A stretch of DNA of 64,000 nucleotides from the human T2T-CHM13v2.0 reference genome, Homo sapiens. The stretch's first letter is position 1, and each line of letters begins with the position of its first letter. Made by a program: the position numbers and the translations under genes. Positions 35,186 to 52,029 of this stretch are shown here, piece by piece. Location: assembly GCF_009914755.1 (NCBI RefSeq), contig NC_060936.1. One strand, given 5' to 3'. The notes under the pieces were generated by a model. It was not told where the DNA came from. It saw only the letters and a list, made by a program, of their open reading frames with translations, and did not search any database.

Positions 35186-35449
35186 TTCTTTTTTCTAAAA
35201 CAATTAAAAATTTAGCTATACAATTAAGACCTGACTTAAAAACTCTCCTTAAAAAATATTAAACCTACGTAAAGAAGACTAAAATCTCTGTAGCCACCTC
35301 CTTCAGTCTCTCCATCCCTAATGATAAATTGATTGACTGCTATCAGCTTATTAAAGTGGACTCTATCCATCCATACACACACATCCATGAACATATTTGT
35401 GTGTGTATAAGAATATATCTAGTATCTTTTTAGGAAAAAAACAAGTATG

Positions 35450-36641
<1,192 letters not shown>

Positions 36642-36961
36642 CACACACACACACACAGAGAAAATAAATGGTACTTTTTTGGTGTATTAGTATTTTTACA
36701 TAAATTGTAAAAATTCATACCGTGTACATACTTCTGTAACCTATTGTTACTCTTATTATTTGCTTAACAACATTCCTAAGAGACCTTTCCATGTTAGTAA
36801 TAATAAATTCATCATGTTTCCTCTGCTGTATAGCATTCCATTGAGTGGAATGAATTCTATTGAATGAATGCACTGCATTTACTAGCTATTGCCGTATGCA
36901 TGGCATGCAGGCATATATGTTATTTTCAGTGGTTCATTATCACAAACAATCCTGCATTTAA

Positions 36962-37274
<313 letters not shown>

Positions 37275-37379
37275 ATGTCTCCCTGTGTACACCTGTAGAA
37301 TTGTCTCTGGCTAGACCGATTCACTGGGTCACAAGGTAATGTATACTTTGTTTTTCCTTTAAGAATGATATCTTGCCTA

Positions 37380-37465
37380 GGCCAGGAATCATGTGGCTCA
37401 TGCCCGTAATCCCAGCACTTTGTAGGGTTGAGGCAGAAAGATCACTTGCGGTCAGGAGTTTGAGA
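37380..37465 (+). mobile_element. Tail-less Alu 5' fragment
   Basis: First ~85 nt of an Alu, flanked by AGAATGATATCTT copies at 37362 and 37463. Confidence 0.85.
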
Positions 37466-37475
37466 ATGATATCTT

Positions 37476-37525
37476 TTTTTGGAGTCAGGAGAGGGCACTT
37501 GGATATGAACCGGGGACCTCTTGAT
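37476..37525 (-). pseudogene. Retroposed tRNA-Cys(GCA) 3'-half fragment with short trailer and oligo(A)
   Basis: Minus strand 37525-37490 reads ATCAAGAGGTCCCCGGTTCATATCCAAGTGCCCTCT, 32/36 identical to the recalled human tRNA-Cys 3' half ATCAAGAGGTCCCCGGTTCAAATCCGGGTGCCCCCT; then CCTGACTCC and an A-run; 14-bp TSD. Confidence 0.85.
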
Positions 37526-37614
37526 AGAGAATGATATCTTAATTCATTAATTATATTGTGGCAAAATATACATAACAAAAGCTACCATTTTAATGCCATT
37601 AAAACATTTATTTG

Positions 37615-38298
<684 letters not shown>

Positions 38299-38434
38299 CC
38301 ATTTTAACCGTTTTTGACTCCACTGTTCAGTGGCATTAAGTAGATCCACATTGACCATCACCACCATCCATCTCTAGGATTTTTTTTAATCATTCTAAAC
38401 TGAAACTCCATATTCCTTAAACAGTAACTCCTCA

Positions 38435-38625
38435 CAGTCTTGGGTTCAAATCTGGCCCCCCACCTCATGCTGTGTGACCTTGAACAGTTTCCTCATCTGT
38501 AAATTGAAGGGAAGAGTGCATACCTCCTGGGTATGGGCTGATAATGGCATGAAGTAACACTGGGCGTGAGCTGAACTTCTTGCTTGGCACACTGTAGGTT
38601 CTTAATAAAAAGTTGTCATTATCAT
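38435..38625 (+). mobile_element. MIR relic
   Basis: GGGTTCAAATC...GCTGTGTGACCTTG...CAGTTTCCTCATCTGTAAA. Confidence 0.75.
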
Positions 38626-40308
38626 GCGAAATTGACCATATGCCCCATGATGCTCTGTTTTCTGATTTGTCTGACACCTGGTTCCTGTGAATGGGGGTGT
38701 TACATGGAATGCACGTAGCGTGGCTTGCTGGGATCCCTAGCTGAGGAACGGTGGAGTGTCCAGAAACTTCCAAGAGGATGAGAACTTCACCCATGTTACT
38801 CTTACAGCTATTACTGTAGATGGAGTTTCTAGGTCCCTCCCTGCTCACCCCCTGCCCTACTCCAGGGCCCAGGCCAGGCCTTAGGGCTCTAGGGAGTGAC
38901 CCATTTTCAGTCTCGGTTGGTGCCAGCCTGCCTACTCGGGCTGCCAGTTACAGTGTGCACGGTAGCAAATGGATTGAGGTCACGGAGCAGATGGCAGTAA
39001 CTTTCAGTTGAGATCTGCCAGGCTGCCTTGGAACCAGTGACCCGGAGGTAAACACATGTGCATGACCTCCTCTCCCCCTTTGGTCCATAAGTCTGGAAAC
39101 TCGCCCCTTTCCAACGCCTGTTCGGGCTTCACTACAGGGGGCTAGACTGTCCTTTTATACTTCTTGGGCTCCCATGAGCAGGAAAGAAACTTACATTCTC
39201 ACAGGCAGCAGCTACATTTCAGCCTCCACCGCTCTTGGCTCCACCCTTTTTCAGTGAGCTCAAAGCACTTTTTTCTCTTCAGCTCATTAATGTGATGCTA
39301 TCCTTGGGGGTTATCATTAATCCCGTTTTATAGATGGAGAAGTGGCGGTAGGGGGAAGCTGGGACAGGGACCCATAATGCCTGTGGGTCAGAAGGAATTT
39401 ATGTGGCCATGTCTTAACACACAGGTGAGTGGATGGGAGCACAGGATGTATTAGCTGGATTAAATCAATTGAAAATGCTACTCTGAAAACATACCCCAAG
39501 AAACAGAAGTATTTTTTTCCACCTCGTAATATCATAGCCCTGTGGCTTTTTAACTTTGGTTCACAGAACTCTTGGAGAATCCAAAGGAAGCTAGGGATTC
39601 TCTGCACATAGATATATGTTTATGTATATGTCTTACTGTTGACTTTCTCTTCAGGGTCAAAAGCAGCACTAGGCATCATATAGGTGCTCAATAAATATTT
39701 GTTGACTGACTGACTGAATGAATGAATGAATGAACGATTCATGAAAGCCCTGGCTAAGTACTTCTAGCCTGATGCAATTAAAAAGGGGAGGTTAAAAGAG
39801 AGAGCAAAAAGCATTTTCTCATATTCTTAATCTTACGGAAGTTAATTGTTCCATTCTGCAAATGGGAAAACTGAAGTAGGGTTCTCAACATCTGGGAAAT
39901 CCTACATAAAATCCCAAGTAGCATGACTCTTATTGTAGAATGCTCCTAATGGATTTGGAAGCCTTGGGACACATGATGAACAGGTTTGTAGTTGAGGACA
40001 ATCACAGCTTGAAGAAAATTCCCAATGTTTCCTCAATTTCTGCCAAGACTCACCTTCTTTTCAGCCTTTGAACATTCTAAAATGCTGTCCCTCTGAAGAC
40101 TGATGGAATCCTAGCATGCTGTGTTCTTGAGAAAGATCCACAGTGTTTCTATAGAATCTGGAAGAATCTGGAAGGTCCTTGGAGCAATGAAGACAAATTT
40201 ATTAGAGAAAGCAGGAGGGAAGAAATGAAAATCTGAAGCCAAGATTTCTCAGTGGCGGTTTTTTTTTTTCTTTCTATACCTTAGCTGCTGCCCTAGAACC
40301 TTCCCTGG

Positions 40309-40982
<674 letters not shown>

Positions 40983-42097
40983 TTAGGAAAGGCCTGGAAC
41001 AAGCAGAGCATGGTAGGAGGGGCTCTGGATTTGACATCAGAAAGTCTGGGATTGAATTGTGGCTCTGTCACACTCCAGCTGTCACCTCATCCTTCTGGCC
41101 TTCAGTTTCCTGACCTGTAAATTGGGGCAATAGCATTGGTATCCAATAGGTTGTTGCTACAACAACCTATTAGATACCATTTGTGGGATGGTCTTGGCAC
41201 ACAGGAGGTACCTAGCTCCTCCTGGTGTGTAGGGATCTGAATGGTGGACAAAGGCTGGGGCTATTTGGGGTTGGGACCATGAGATTTTCTTCAGGGTGCA
41301 TTGGAGGGTGATTTTACAAGCTGTCCTCCGGGTGAAGGCCTGGCAAGCTGGTAATGTGAGGGCTAATGACAGTTCTGATCAATCACAGCTTGCCTTTGCA
41401 GCGGCACTTTCATGTAGAGGATCCCCAGGCCTTCTGTAGCCACTGGCTAAAGCCAGGACCTGCCCCACCTCTGCCCTAATAGCACTACTCCTTTAATAGA
41501 CGACCTTTCATCCCGGCATCAGGCAGAGCTTAATAATCATGATCTCTGGCCCCTGCTCCACCCCAGCCTGCAGTTTATTGGCCACATTATTAACCTTGAT
41601 AATTTCTGCCCTAGAGGAGGAACTGTGGCACCAAAGGAGCTAAGGGACTTGCCCCGGACTCTGCCACAAGCTCTGGCTCCCAGATCAGCTTCTTCTGATG
41701 CCCAGCCTGCTACTCTATCCTGTAGATGCCCTCCTGGGAGGTTGAGAAGTGGCACGTTCAGGGAGATGGACTGTGCTTTTACACATACAGCATGACTGAT
41801 GATTTTTTTTTTTGAGATTGAAATAGCTTATTTAATTTTTTACCCGTTGATTGGTTTTATTCCTTCCAATAGATTTTAAATTGTTTTTTAAAATTTATTT
41901 ATTAAAGAGATAGGGTCTTGCTATGTGGCCCAGTCTAGTGTCAAACTCCTGGCCTCAAGCCATCCTCCTGCCTCAGCCTCCTGAGTAGCTGGGATTTTGA
42001 TTTTAAATTCTATGCCATCAGGGACCTTGTTTTTCCTATTCACTTCGGTTTCCCTAGCCCCTGGAACAGTGACCAGCACAGAGCAGGTATTTAATAA

Positions 42098-42413
<316 letters not shown>

Positions 42414-43329
42414 CTATCCCTTGATTTTTGAATGAATAAATGTAAAGTAGACTCTACTATGGGCCAGTGGAGACACTTAAAGGAGGAGAGAGCATGGAAG
42501 ATGGGCTTTGAAGGATGAGGAGTTCTCCAAGTGAAGATAGGAGTGTGCATTTTGGGCAGAGCGTAAAGCATAATCAAAGACATGGAGAGAAATACAAAAG
42601 TGGATAACGTTTGCAAGACAGTGAGACGGTCCCAGTGTTGGGCAGGAGGGAACATATGATAGGAGATACGGCTTGAAAGCTCTGCTGGGTTCATATTCTT
42701 CAGTAAGGAATTGGACTTTGCTCCGAAGGGAACGTGGAATGACACAGTCAGATTTGAACTTTAGCAAGGCCCCTTGGGCAGGGATGATGTTGATGGTTGG
42801 GGCCTGTGGTAGGTGCGCTGGGGAGAGATGTTGAGGCTCTGAGCTAAAGGCAGTGATGTTGGGAAGAGTGTTGGTGGGCAGAGGATAGAGGTGGACCTAT
42901 TAAAAAACTAACTGGTTATTTGCAATCTTTATGAAACTTTGATCATTCCATCCAAGTGGAGATCCACACTCGTCTACTCTCAACAGCCACTTGCTGACAA
43001 CCACTTCTCTTCCTTCTACATTGGATTTTTAAATCATTGATGGTAACTTTTCCAAATTTCATTGCCTTTCAAAAAAATATTTTTTGTGTGTGCACTTGTT
43101 AGGCATTTAATCCATAAACACCTCATAACAAATTAAAGAGACCTTTACCTTTCATTTCTTGGAGCTGAGTTTCGAGGTCATTTAACAACGCCCTCCTTAC
43201 CACGCAGCATGTTGGAAGGAGACAGGATTCTTGAATTTCATTGTTGTCTCTGCTTGATGTGTGAGCTTAGGCAGGTTCATGTTCCCTCTCTGGGTCTCAG
43301 TTTCTTCTTCTGTAAAAGGGAGTTGGACT

Positions 43330-43548
43330 ATCATTAATTTTCTAAAGTGTATTCTATGGAATGCTCATTCGGATAAATCCTCTATTTAAAAGCAGAGGAG
43401 GATTGTTGGTCAAATATATTGGGGAAATGTGCATCCTCTATCCCCATACTGCAGATTGACAAAGATGATTGTGTATTAAATGCTCTAAGAAGTCTTGTAG
43501 TCAAGAAGCTGTGTTAAATTTCGTATAAGTCACAGTTTCTCCAACAGT
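43330..43548 (+). mobile_element. MER112-like hAT relic
   Basis: GGTCAAATATATTGGGGAAATG...GTATTAAATGCTCTAAGAAGTCTTGTAG. Confidence 0.6.
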
Positions 43549-44074
43549 GGGACAGACAGAACCCAGACAGAACTCAGAACTCAGACAGAGCTCTGAAACT
43601 CAACAGGATCCTGGTTTTGAGATGTTCTGGATTTGTCTTGAATGTTCTTTTCATTTGAACAAGCTAAGGGTCCATGAGTGGTTGGACTGACCTCTCTTTA
43701 GTTGTGTCTTTTGTCTGCATTTTGGACAAGAATGGGGTTGCTCTTGGGGAGTTTCAGTCTTGCTCCAAGAACTATTGCCAACTTCCATGATGACACAGGG
43801 CCAAGAAGGAAGGTGAGTGCTTCCTCAAATATCTTCTTTCCAGAATCTCCTCATCTCTATCTTTGCATCTCAAATATGAGTCTCCTTATCAACCTAGATC
43901 TTCCTAGGAAATGGTTCTTCCTCTCACCAGCCCTCCATCATAGTGAGAGATCATGTTCCAATATGAAGTTTTCTTCAAAAGGGTTCTGCTCCATCCATTT
44001 TATTTCCAGATTCCACCAACATCTGGTAACAGCTTCCCTTTTACAAACCATGACGGCTGGGGCTGTTATATGAA

Positions 44075-44615
<541 letters not shown>

Positions 44616-44837
44616 ACTTACCAGGTTTATTTAGATCTCTAATGTTTATTTCTTGTGCTTTTGCTCTTTCTCACGTACCAGTAATAAAGCTTGCTGAGGA
44701 AGAGACCAGCTTTATAATCCTGTATTTTCTTTGAAGGGCTATTTGCTCACAAAACCATTTATTAAGCATACTTTTGGTGGGCTACATTCTGGACAAGTTA
44801 TTTTTTCACTGTGTTGTGTATATGTGTGTGTATGTGT

Positions 44838-45295
44838 GTGTAGCTACTTAACATCTAAATATCTTTCTTATTTAGGGGAAATTAGAAAACGGGAGAGACA
44901 AGGCTTCTAATCTCTACATAAGCTGGGGGTGAGGTGAGGGTGGGTAGTGTGCATATTTTCTCTCTCCATTCCCTAGAAGCTAGGGTGTGTCAAGTGATTA
45001 CTGCTCAGCTGATTAGATATTCCTGCCCAGGACAGAAATAACAACCTTGGAGTGACATTGAAACCACTTAGCATTTATCCCAGGGTCAGTGGGCAGTGGT
45101 GGTGATGGCGAGACCTGAGGCATTCTAACATGGCTATTACTATGTTGATACATTGTCTGGTGTTCTTGCCACCTTGCCTCCCTTCTTTCTCTCCCACTAT
45201 CCTTGCAAATTCTATGAGCCATCCAATAGCCCAAACACTTATTTTCTACCTCAATTAGAGTTAGCTGGTTGCAACTAAGAATCTGGACTGCTCTG
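44838..45295 (+). mobile_element. Ancient ERVL/MaLR-type LTR
   Basis: TGTAGCTAC start; LTR-type 3' end GAGTTAGCTGGTTGCAACTAAGAATC. Confidence 0.55.
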
Positions 45296-45301
45296 TAAAA
45301 C

Positions 45302-45650
45302 CCATCCATTCATTCATCTGTCTATCCATCTATCCATCCATCCATCCATTGAAAACATCTGTCCATCCATCCATCCATCCATCCATCCATCCATTGAAAA
45401 CATCTGTCCATCCATCCATCCATCCATCCATCCATCCATCCATTGAAAACATCTATTCATCCATCTATCCATCCATCCATCCATCCATCCATCCATTTGT
45501 CTATCCATTTGTCTATCCATTTGTCCATCCATCCATCCATCCATCCATCCATCCATCCATCCATTCATCCACCAATTGAAAACAGTTATCCATCTAAACA
45601 TCCATCTATCTACCCAAATATCCATTCATCCATCATTTGCCCATCCATTT
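45302..45650. repeat. (CATC)n compound repeat with higher-order TCCATTGAAAACATCT units
   Basis: Tetranucleotide array with a spacer that occurs three times. Confidence 0.95.
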
Positions 45651-45699
45651 CTCTAACATAACAGGTACTCAGCTAGACACTGGGCATGAAAAGATGAAT

Positions 45700-46146
45700 A
45701 CATCAACAGGGACAGGAAATAACAAGAAACAAACACCATATTCAAAGCTGGGAATTTGCAGAGTTTCACAAAGGAACTATTAACAAAAGTGTGGGCTGTG
45801 TTTAGGAACAGGAATAGCACAATACTCTGGGACTGGAAACATTACCAGCCCTAGGCCTGAAGAGGTGAGAGCAGGGAGCAGTTTTTAGAATCTGGAGACA
45901 GGGTTTGGAGAGGTCTCCTGACCAGCTGTGGCCTTTGGTACAGACACAGTCAACCTGTGATGACCTGGCAGGGAGTGGACTCGGGGCATAGATCCCTTGT
46001 CAACACAGTCACCCCTTTCTCTGATCTCATGCCAGAGTAAGAGAAAACATTGAATTAGGCCATACAGGGCAGCCTCCTGAGCACAGAATAGGATGAAGAA
46101 GGGTGGAGAGTGGATCTAGAGAGCCAAACGGAAGACATCCAGCACA
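45700..46146 (-). mobile_element. LTR33/LTR41-like ERVL LTR
   Basis: Ends GAAGGGTGGAGAGTGGATCTAGAGAGCCAAACGGAAGACATCCAGCACA. Confidence 0.75.
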
Positions 46147-46182
46147 ACCGCGTCAGTGAAATCATATCACTTTCCACTCAAA

Positions 46183-46684
46183 TCTTTCTTTCTCTCTCTT
46201 TCTTTCTTTCTCTTTCTTTCTTTTTCTTTCTCTCTTTCTTCCTTTCTTTCTTTCTCTTTCTTCTCTTTCTCTTTCTTTTCTTTTTTTCTTTTCTTTTCCC
46301 TCCCTCCCTCCCTCCCTCCCTTCCTTCCTTCCTTCCTTCCTTTCTTCCTTCCTTCCCTCTGTCCCCTCTCTCTCTCTCTCTTCCTTTTTTTTTTTTTTTT
46401 TGTTCAGGGTCTTGGTCTGTCACCCAGGTGGAAGTGCAGTGGCACGATCATGGCTCACTTCAGCCTGACCTCCCAGACTCAAGTGATCCTCCCATCTCAG
46501 CCTCCTAAGTAGCTGGGACCACAGGCACACACCACCATGGTTGGCTAATTTTCTGATTTTTTCGTAGAGATGGTGTCTTGCTATGTTGCCTACGCTGGTC
46601 TCAAACTCCTGAGCTGAAGCAATCGTCCTGCTTCGGCTTCCCAAAGTGTGCTGGTATTACAGGCATAGGCCACCACACCTGGCC
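46183..46684 (-). mobile_element. AluJ with long CT-rich expanded tail
   Basis: Polypyrimidine 46183-46400, then the Alu body. Confidence 0.92.
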
Positions 46685-46806
46685 TCAAATACTTCTTGTA
46701 CATTCTATGAGCTACCCAGTTTCCAGAACATTTATTTTCTGCCTCAGTTAGAGTCATTTGGTTACAACCAAAAATCCTGAATGCTCTGACAAATACGTGT
46801 ATATAT

Positions 46807-46990
46807 CCATCCATCCATCCATCCATCCATCCATCCAAACATTCATCCATCCATCCAAACATCTATCTATCCAAACATACATCTACCATCCAAATATTCA
46901 TTTATCCATTAAAACATCCATCCATCCATCCATCCATCCATCCATCCATCCATCCATCCATCATCCAACCACCATCAATCCAAATATCCA
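46807..46990. repeat. (CATC)n repeat, second copy
   Basis: Degenerate CATC array. Confidence 0.93.
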
Positions 46991-47039
46991 TCCACCTCCA
47001 GTTATACTACACTCAAATAAAAGCCAAACTATTAATATT

Positions 47040-47585
47040 AGTGCCCTTCAGTCTTTCCATGACTTGTTCCCCTCCATACACCATGACCCATCTCCCTTCA
47101 TCTCTTCCTTATTCCCCTCTGAATTCCTTCCACTCCAGCTATACTGTCCTTCACGTAACCTTCTAGATAAGCTCCTGCCTCGTACCTTTATTCGTGACGT
47201 TTCCTCTTCCTGGAACACTCGTCCCTTATTTATCCTCATAGCTCCCCCTTTGCTTTCCCCAAGTTTTTACTCAAATGCTATCTTGCCTGTCTACCCTTCA
47301 TCAAACACCAACTCCTCTCCACCACTCTCATGTTGTTGTTTATCTGCGTTTCCTGACTTATTTTTCTTTTTATCACGTTTTACCATCTCACATTCTCTGT
47401 GTGTGTGTATAAAACTTGTCTTTCTTGTTTATTGTGTGTCCTCTCCTAAACTATTCCCAGTGGAATATAAATTCTAGAATGAAATAATTTTTTGCTGTTT
47501 TGTATATTCCTGTATTCTCAGCACCCAAAAGAATCCCTGATGCACAGAAAGTGTTAATGAATCCTGGTTGAGTACATAAATGAAG
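47040..47585 (+). mobile_element. L2 3' end relic
   Basis: TTCCTCTTCCTGGAACACTC...TGGAATATAAATTCTAG...GTTGAGTACATAAATGAA. Confidence 0.7.
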
Positions 47586-48451
47586 AGACTCAAACAGCTC
47601 TGTGAAAGTTTCTGACTTGCTATTGGAGGAGAATTGAGCCAAAGCCTTTCTGTGAGAGTTTCTGTCAACTCATTTTATCCCTAGTACTGCGCAGGCTGAA
47701 ACTCAAGTAAGAGTTAATAGGCTACTCGTGCCCTTAGGAAACATCCTGAACTTTCCATGCAAGCTGTGGACTTGGCTCTTATTGACTTCTTGTCCTGCTT
47801 AGGAAAACCTGAGGGTAAGGAAGGAAAAAGTGAACACTTCACACATTCATCTTCAAAGCACTTAATAAATGCTCAAGTAATTAATTCCCCTGGCTCGCTA
47901 AGAGGTGGATTTTATTGTTTTCGTTCTGGCAATAGGGAAATGAATGTGCCGAGGAGTTCCGTCATTTTCCCAGGACCATGGAGCGAGTTGTGAGTGGTGC
48001 CAGAATTGTATTGGCACCCGCTGAGGTTCTGGTGGGAGGCCTCCTACTTCCCTGTTGGTGGGCAGAGGAGTGGAGCGGGGTGGAAAATAGTGTAGACAGT
48101 CTTGGAGAATGGCTTTCTCTCATTTTCAGAGAAGTTTGGGAGCTGAGCACTTGGGATGCTGCAAAGAAATAGGAACCCACCCCCATCCATCTTTCTGCAA
48201 GTGTTTCAGGGCTAAGCCAAGGCTTCAGGATGAACTTGAAGGAAATGAGCTCCTTCCCAATGCAAGTCATGACAAATTAGGAAATCATTGAAGGAGCGGT
48301 TTTTGGTACCCTTGGCTAATCAGGGTCCATCCATGGTCCTCAGCCTAATGCTCCAGACATTTCCTTCATCTCTTCCCCAGCAAAACTCACCTATCTGATT
48401 TCCCATTCTATCAACTGTTCTACTCTGAGAGGAAGGCTACCAAGGGGGCTA

Positions 48452-49333
<882 letters not shown>

Positions 49334-49821
49334 CTTACTTTATATTAATAATATTGATGCATGCTCTAGAGAATTAACATTCTTACAGCTATTATCTCCA
49401 TGCTGCTATTTTTCTCTATGCTTTGGACTGGAAGTTAGGACACCTGAGATTTAGGTTCTGCCACCAAATTGCCAGGTGTCATGTTGGGTCTTTGTTTCTC
49501 CATTTATTAAATAAATAATAACCGTAAAAAAACTTATATAGAAATGGAGGCACAGAGATGTTAAGCAAATAGTCAGAGATTAAGAGCCAGAAAGTGTCAG
49601 AGGTGGGAATTCAGGACCCTGGCTCCAACTCTGGGCTCATAACCATTACGTATAGGGATTGGTTTGAACCAAGCATGGAAAGAGGTTTCAATTCAAAAGT
49701 CAGTTCCAGTGTAGCTTGTATTAAAATAACTCTTCCACCAAAAACAGATAAAACTAGACAAAACCACATGCAACAATCACTTATAAGAACTGGAATGGAG
49801 CAACACAGGAAGAATTTCTGA

Positions 49822-50029
<208 letters not shown>

Positions 50030-50329
50030 AAGTGGCTCTTTCAGGATCCAAAAGGGCATTCTTTATGCTCTAAGCCCCTTTGAGTTACCAACCAAGATAG
50101 TTTCAGTTCATTCCTATCACCATTTACTCCACTCCCATTTCAACAGTTTAAATGGCCACTCTCACTTTGACCCTTCACCTTCCAGGTGGAACACCAACCA
50201 AAGAGATTGAGGAAGAAGGTCATTACAGATTCCCAATGGTCCTGGCAAGTTTGCTGATGTTCTCAGAGCAGGCTGAGAAAATTCTTATGATGCCTGGCTA
50301 CTTAGGGAAAGAGCCATTGTATAGAGGAA

Positions 50330-50575
50330 AAAGATGTGCCTTTGAAATAGTATGGCCCTGGGTAAAATTCTGGCTCTGCTAATGGCCCAGTGACATTGGG
50401 AAAAGTCAGTTTACTGGGCTGTGTCAGTTTTTCCTATCTGTGAAACTGGTTTATGAAATGAACCATGAAATGCAGCATTATTATGAGAAATATCAAAGAT
50501 GCACGTTGAATGCTGAGCACAGTAAAGCACCACAGGAAGTACCAAGTTAATGGTAGCTGCTATTATTATTATTTT
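50330..50575 (+). mobile_element. MIR relic (donor of the inverted copy at 52271-52339)
   Basis: CTGGGTAAAATTCTGGCTCTG...CAGTTTTTCCTATCTGTGAAA...TGCTGAGCACAGT. Confidence 0.7.
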
Positions 50576-51595
50576 TTTGTTAGTCAACTTCACATGTTCG
50601 GAGGATCTGCAAATCTCTGCCTCTGGAAGAATTTCCCCCAGGTGCTCTTACCAAAACATGAATTCAGTGGGAGCCTCATGGGGGCTTGCTGAAACCCACC
50701 CACTTTCCTGTGAATAGAAAATGCTCACATGTTGTTTTGGCTCCAAAAGCTGGTTCTGTCAAGAGTAGTAAAATTGTTGTGGTTAAGCCCCTAGAGTTGT
50801 TTGGGAGAACCAAGAGGTCGTGGGGAGAGCTGGCAGGAAGTGGCTGGGCAGACCTTAGAATGTAGTAATGGGAAAGCTATGCTGGCAATTTGCAGCATTC
50901 AGCCGAATCTGGATCTGGACCTCCCCTTCTGGGGTCTCCATGGGGGATCAGGAAGTCAAGAACAGTGGTTCTTCCTCAGTCCTTCTGGGGCTGGGGTCAG
51001 CATCTGGGCTTGCTGTGTTAGATAAGCCTGGGCATGGCAGAGATGGCGAGATACCCAACAAACATTTGTGACCTCTCAGCATTTCCGGAGTGAGGAGTTG
51101 TCACTTGGAGGTCACGGTGTAGGTAAGGACCATAGTTCTGGGCTTCCTCTGCAACCAGCTAGGGCCATGTGACTGGATCTTACACATAAAATATGAGCAG
51201 AGTGAGCCATTCCTGAGTTGGTGACTTCAAAAAGCAATAGGGCTTCTTTGTCTTCTTTTCCCCTGTAGAGCTGATGGCTGCAGAAGACTGTGAGTTCCTA
51301 AGGGATGGCAGACCCATGGTATGTAGCAATCCTGAGTCTCTGAATCATCATGTGGGGGAATACCCACCCTAGACCTTTAGATGAGCATAAACAATGCATT
51401 TCCATTGTGTGAAACCACTAAAATTTTTTAGTGAATTTGTTACAGCAGCTAATGTTGCCCTATTACTCCAAGTTCAGTATCCCTAAATTCAAAAAGCCTT
51501 AGCCCTCCTGCTCACTGTTACTCTGGGGCTCTGGGATGGCAGTTCTAGTACCTCTCACCTCCACCAGCTGAACCTGGACTCTTTAAAATCAAGTG

Positions 51596-51890
51596 GGCCA
51601 GCCGTGGTGGCTCACATCTGTTATCCCAGCACTTTGGAAGGCCGAGGCAGGCAGATCACGAGGTCAAGAGTTCGAGACCATCCTGGCTAACATGGTGAAA
51701 CCCCGTCTGTACTAAAAATACAAAAAATGAGCTAGGCATGGTGGTGCGTGCCTGTAGTCCCAGCTACTCAGGAGGCTGAGGCAGGAGAATCACTTGAACC
51801 TGGGTGGCGGAGGTTGCAGTGAGCCGAGATTGCACCACCCTGGTGACAGAGCAAGACTCCATCTCAAAAAAACAAACAAAGAAACAAAAA
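51596..51890 (+). mobile_element. Alu (AluSc/Sg-like), followed by a short L1M piece to ~52025
   Basis: GATCACGAGGTCAAGAG; L1 text GAGGATGTGGAGGAACTGGAACTCTCATACACTGCTGG. Confidence 0.9.
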
Positions 51891-52029
51891 CACCAAGTGA
51901 GTGAAAAACACTAACCACACCAAGTGTTGATGAGGATGTGGAGGAACTGGAACTCTCATACACTGCTGGGGGCATGTAAAATGGTGCAATCAGTTTGAAA
52001 AACAGGTGGACAGTTTCTTAAAAGTCTCT

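Noticed and set aside
37490-37525. Functional tRNA gene
   Set aside because: 5' half, A box and anticodon arm are absent; T-arm has substitutions.
37362-37540. Three direct repeats with unique spacers (also 25351-27101), superficially CRISPR-like
   Set aside because: Primate DNA, irregular spacing, spacers are retroposed elements and no cas genes are present; these are target-site duplications.
46758-47477. Longest ORF in the window (239 aa)
   Set aside because: Non-ATG start; composed of (CATC)n and pyrimidine-rich L2 sequence that is simply poor in stop codons.
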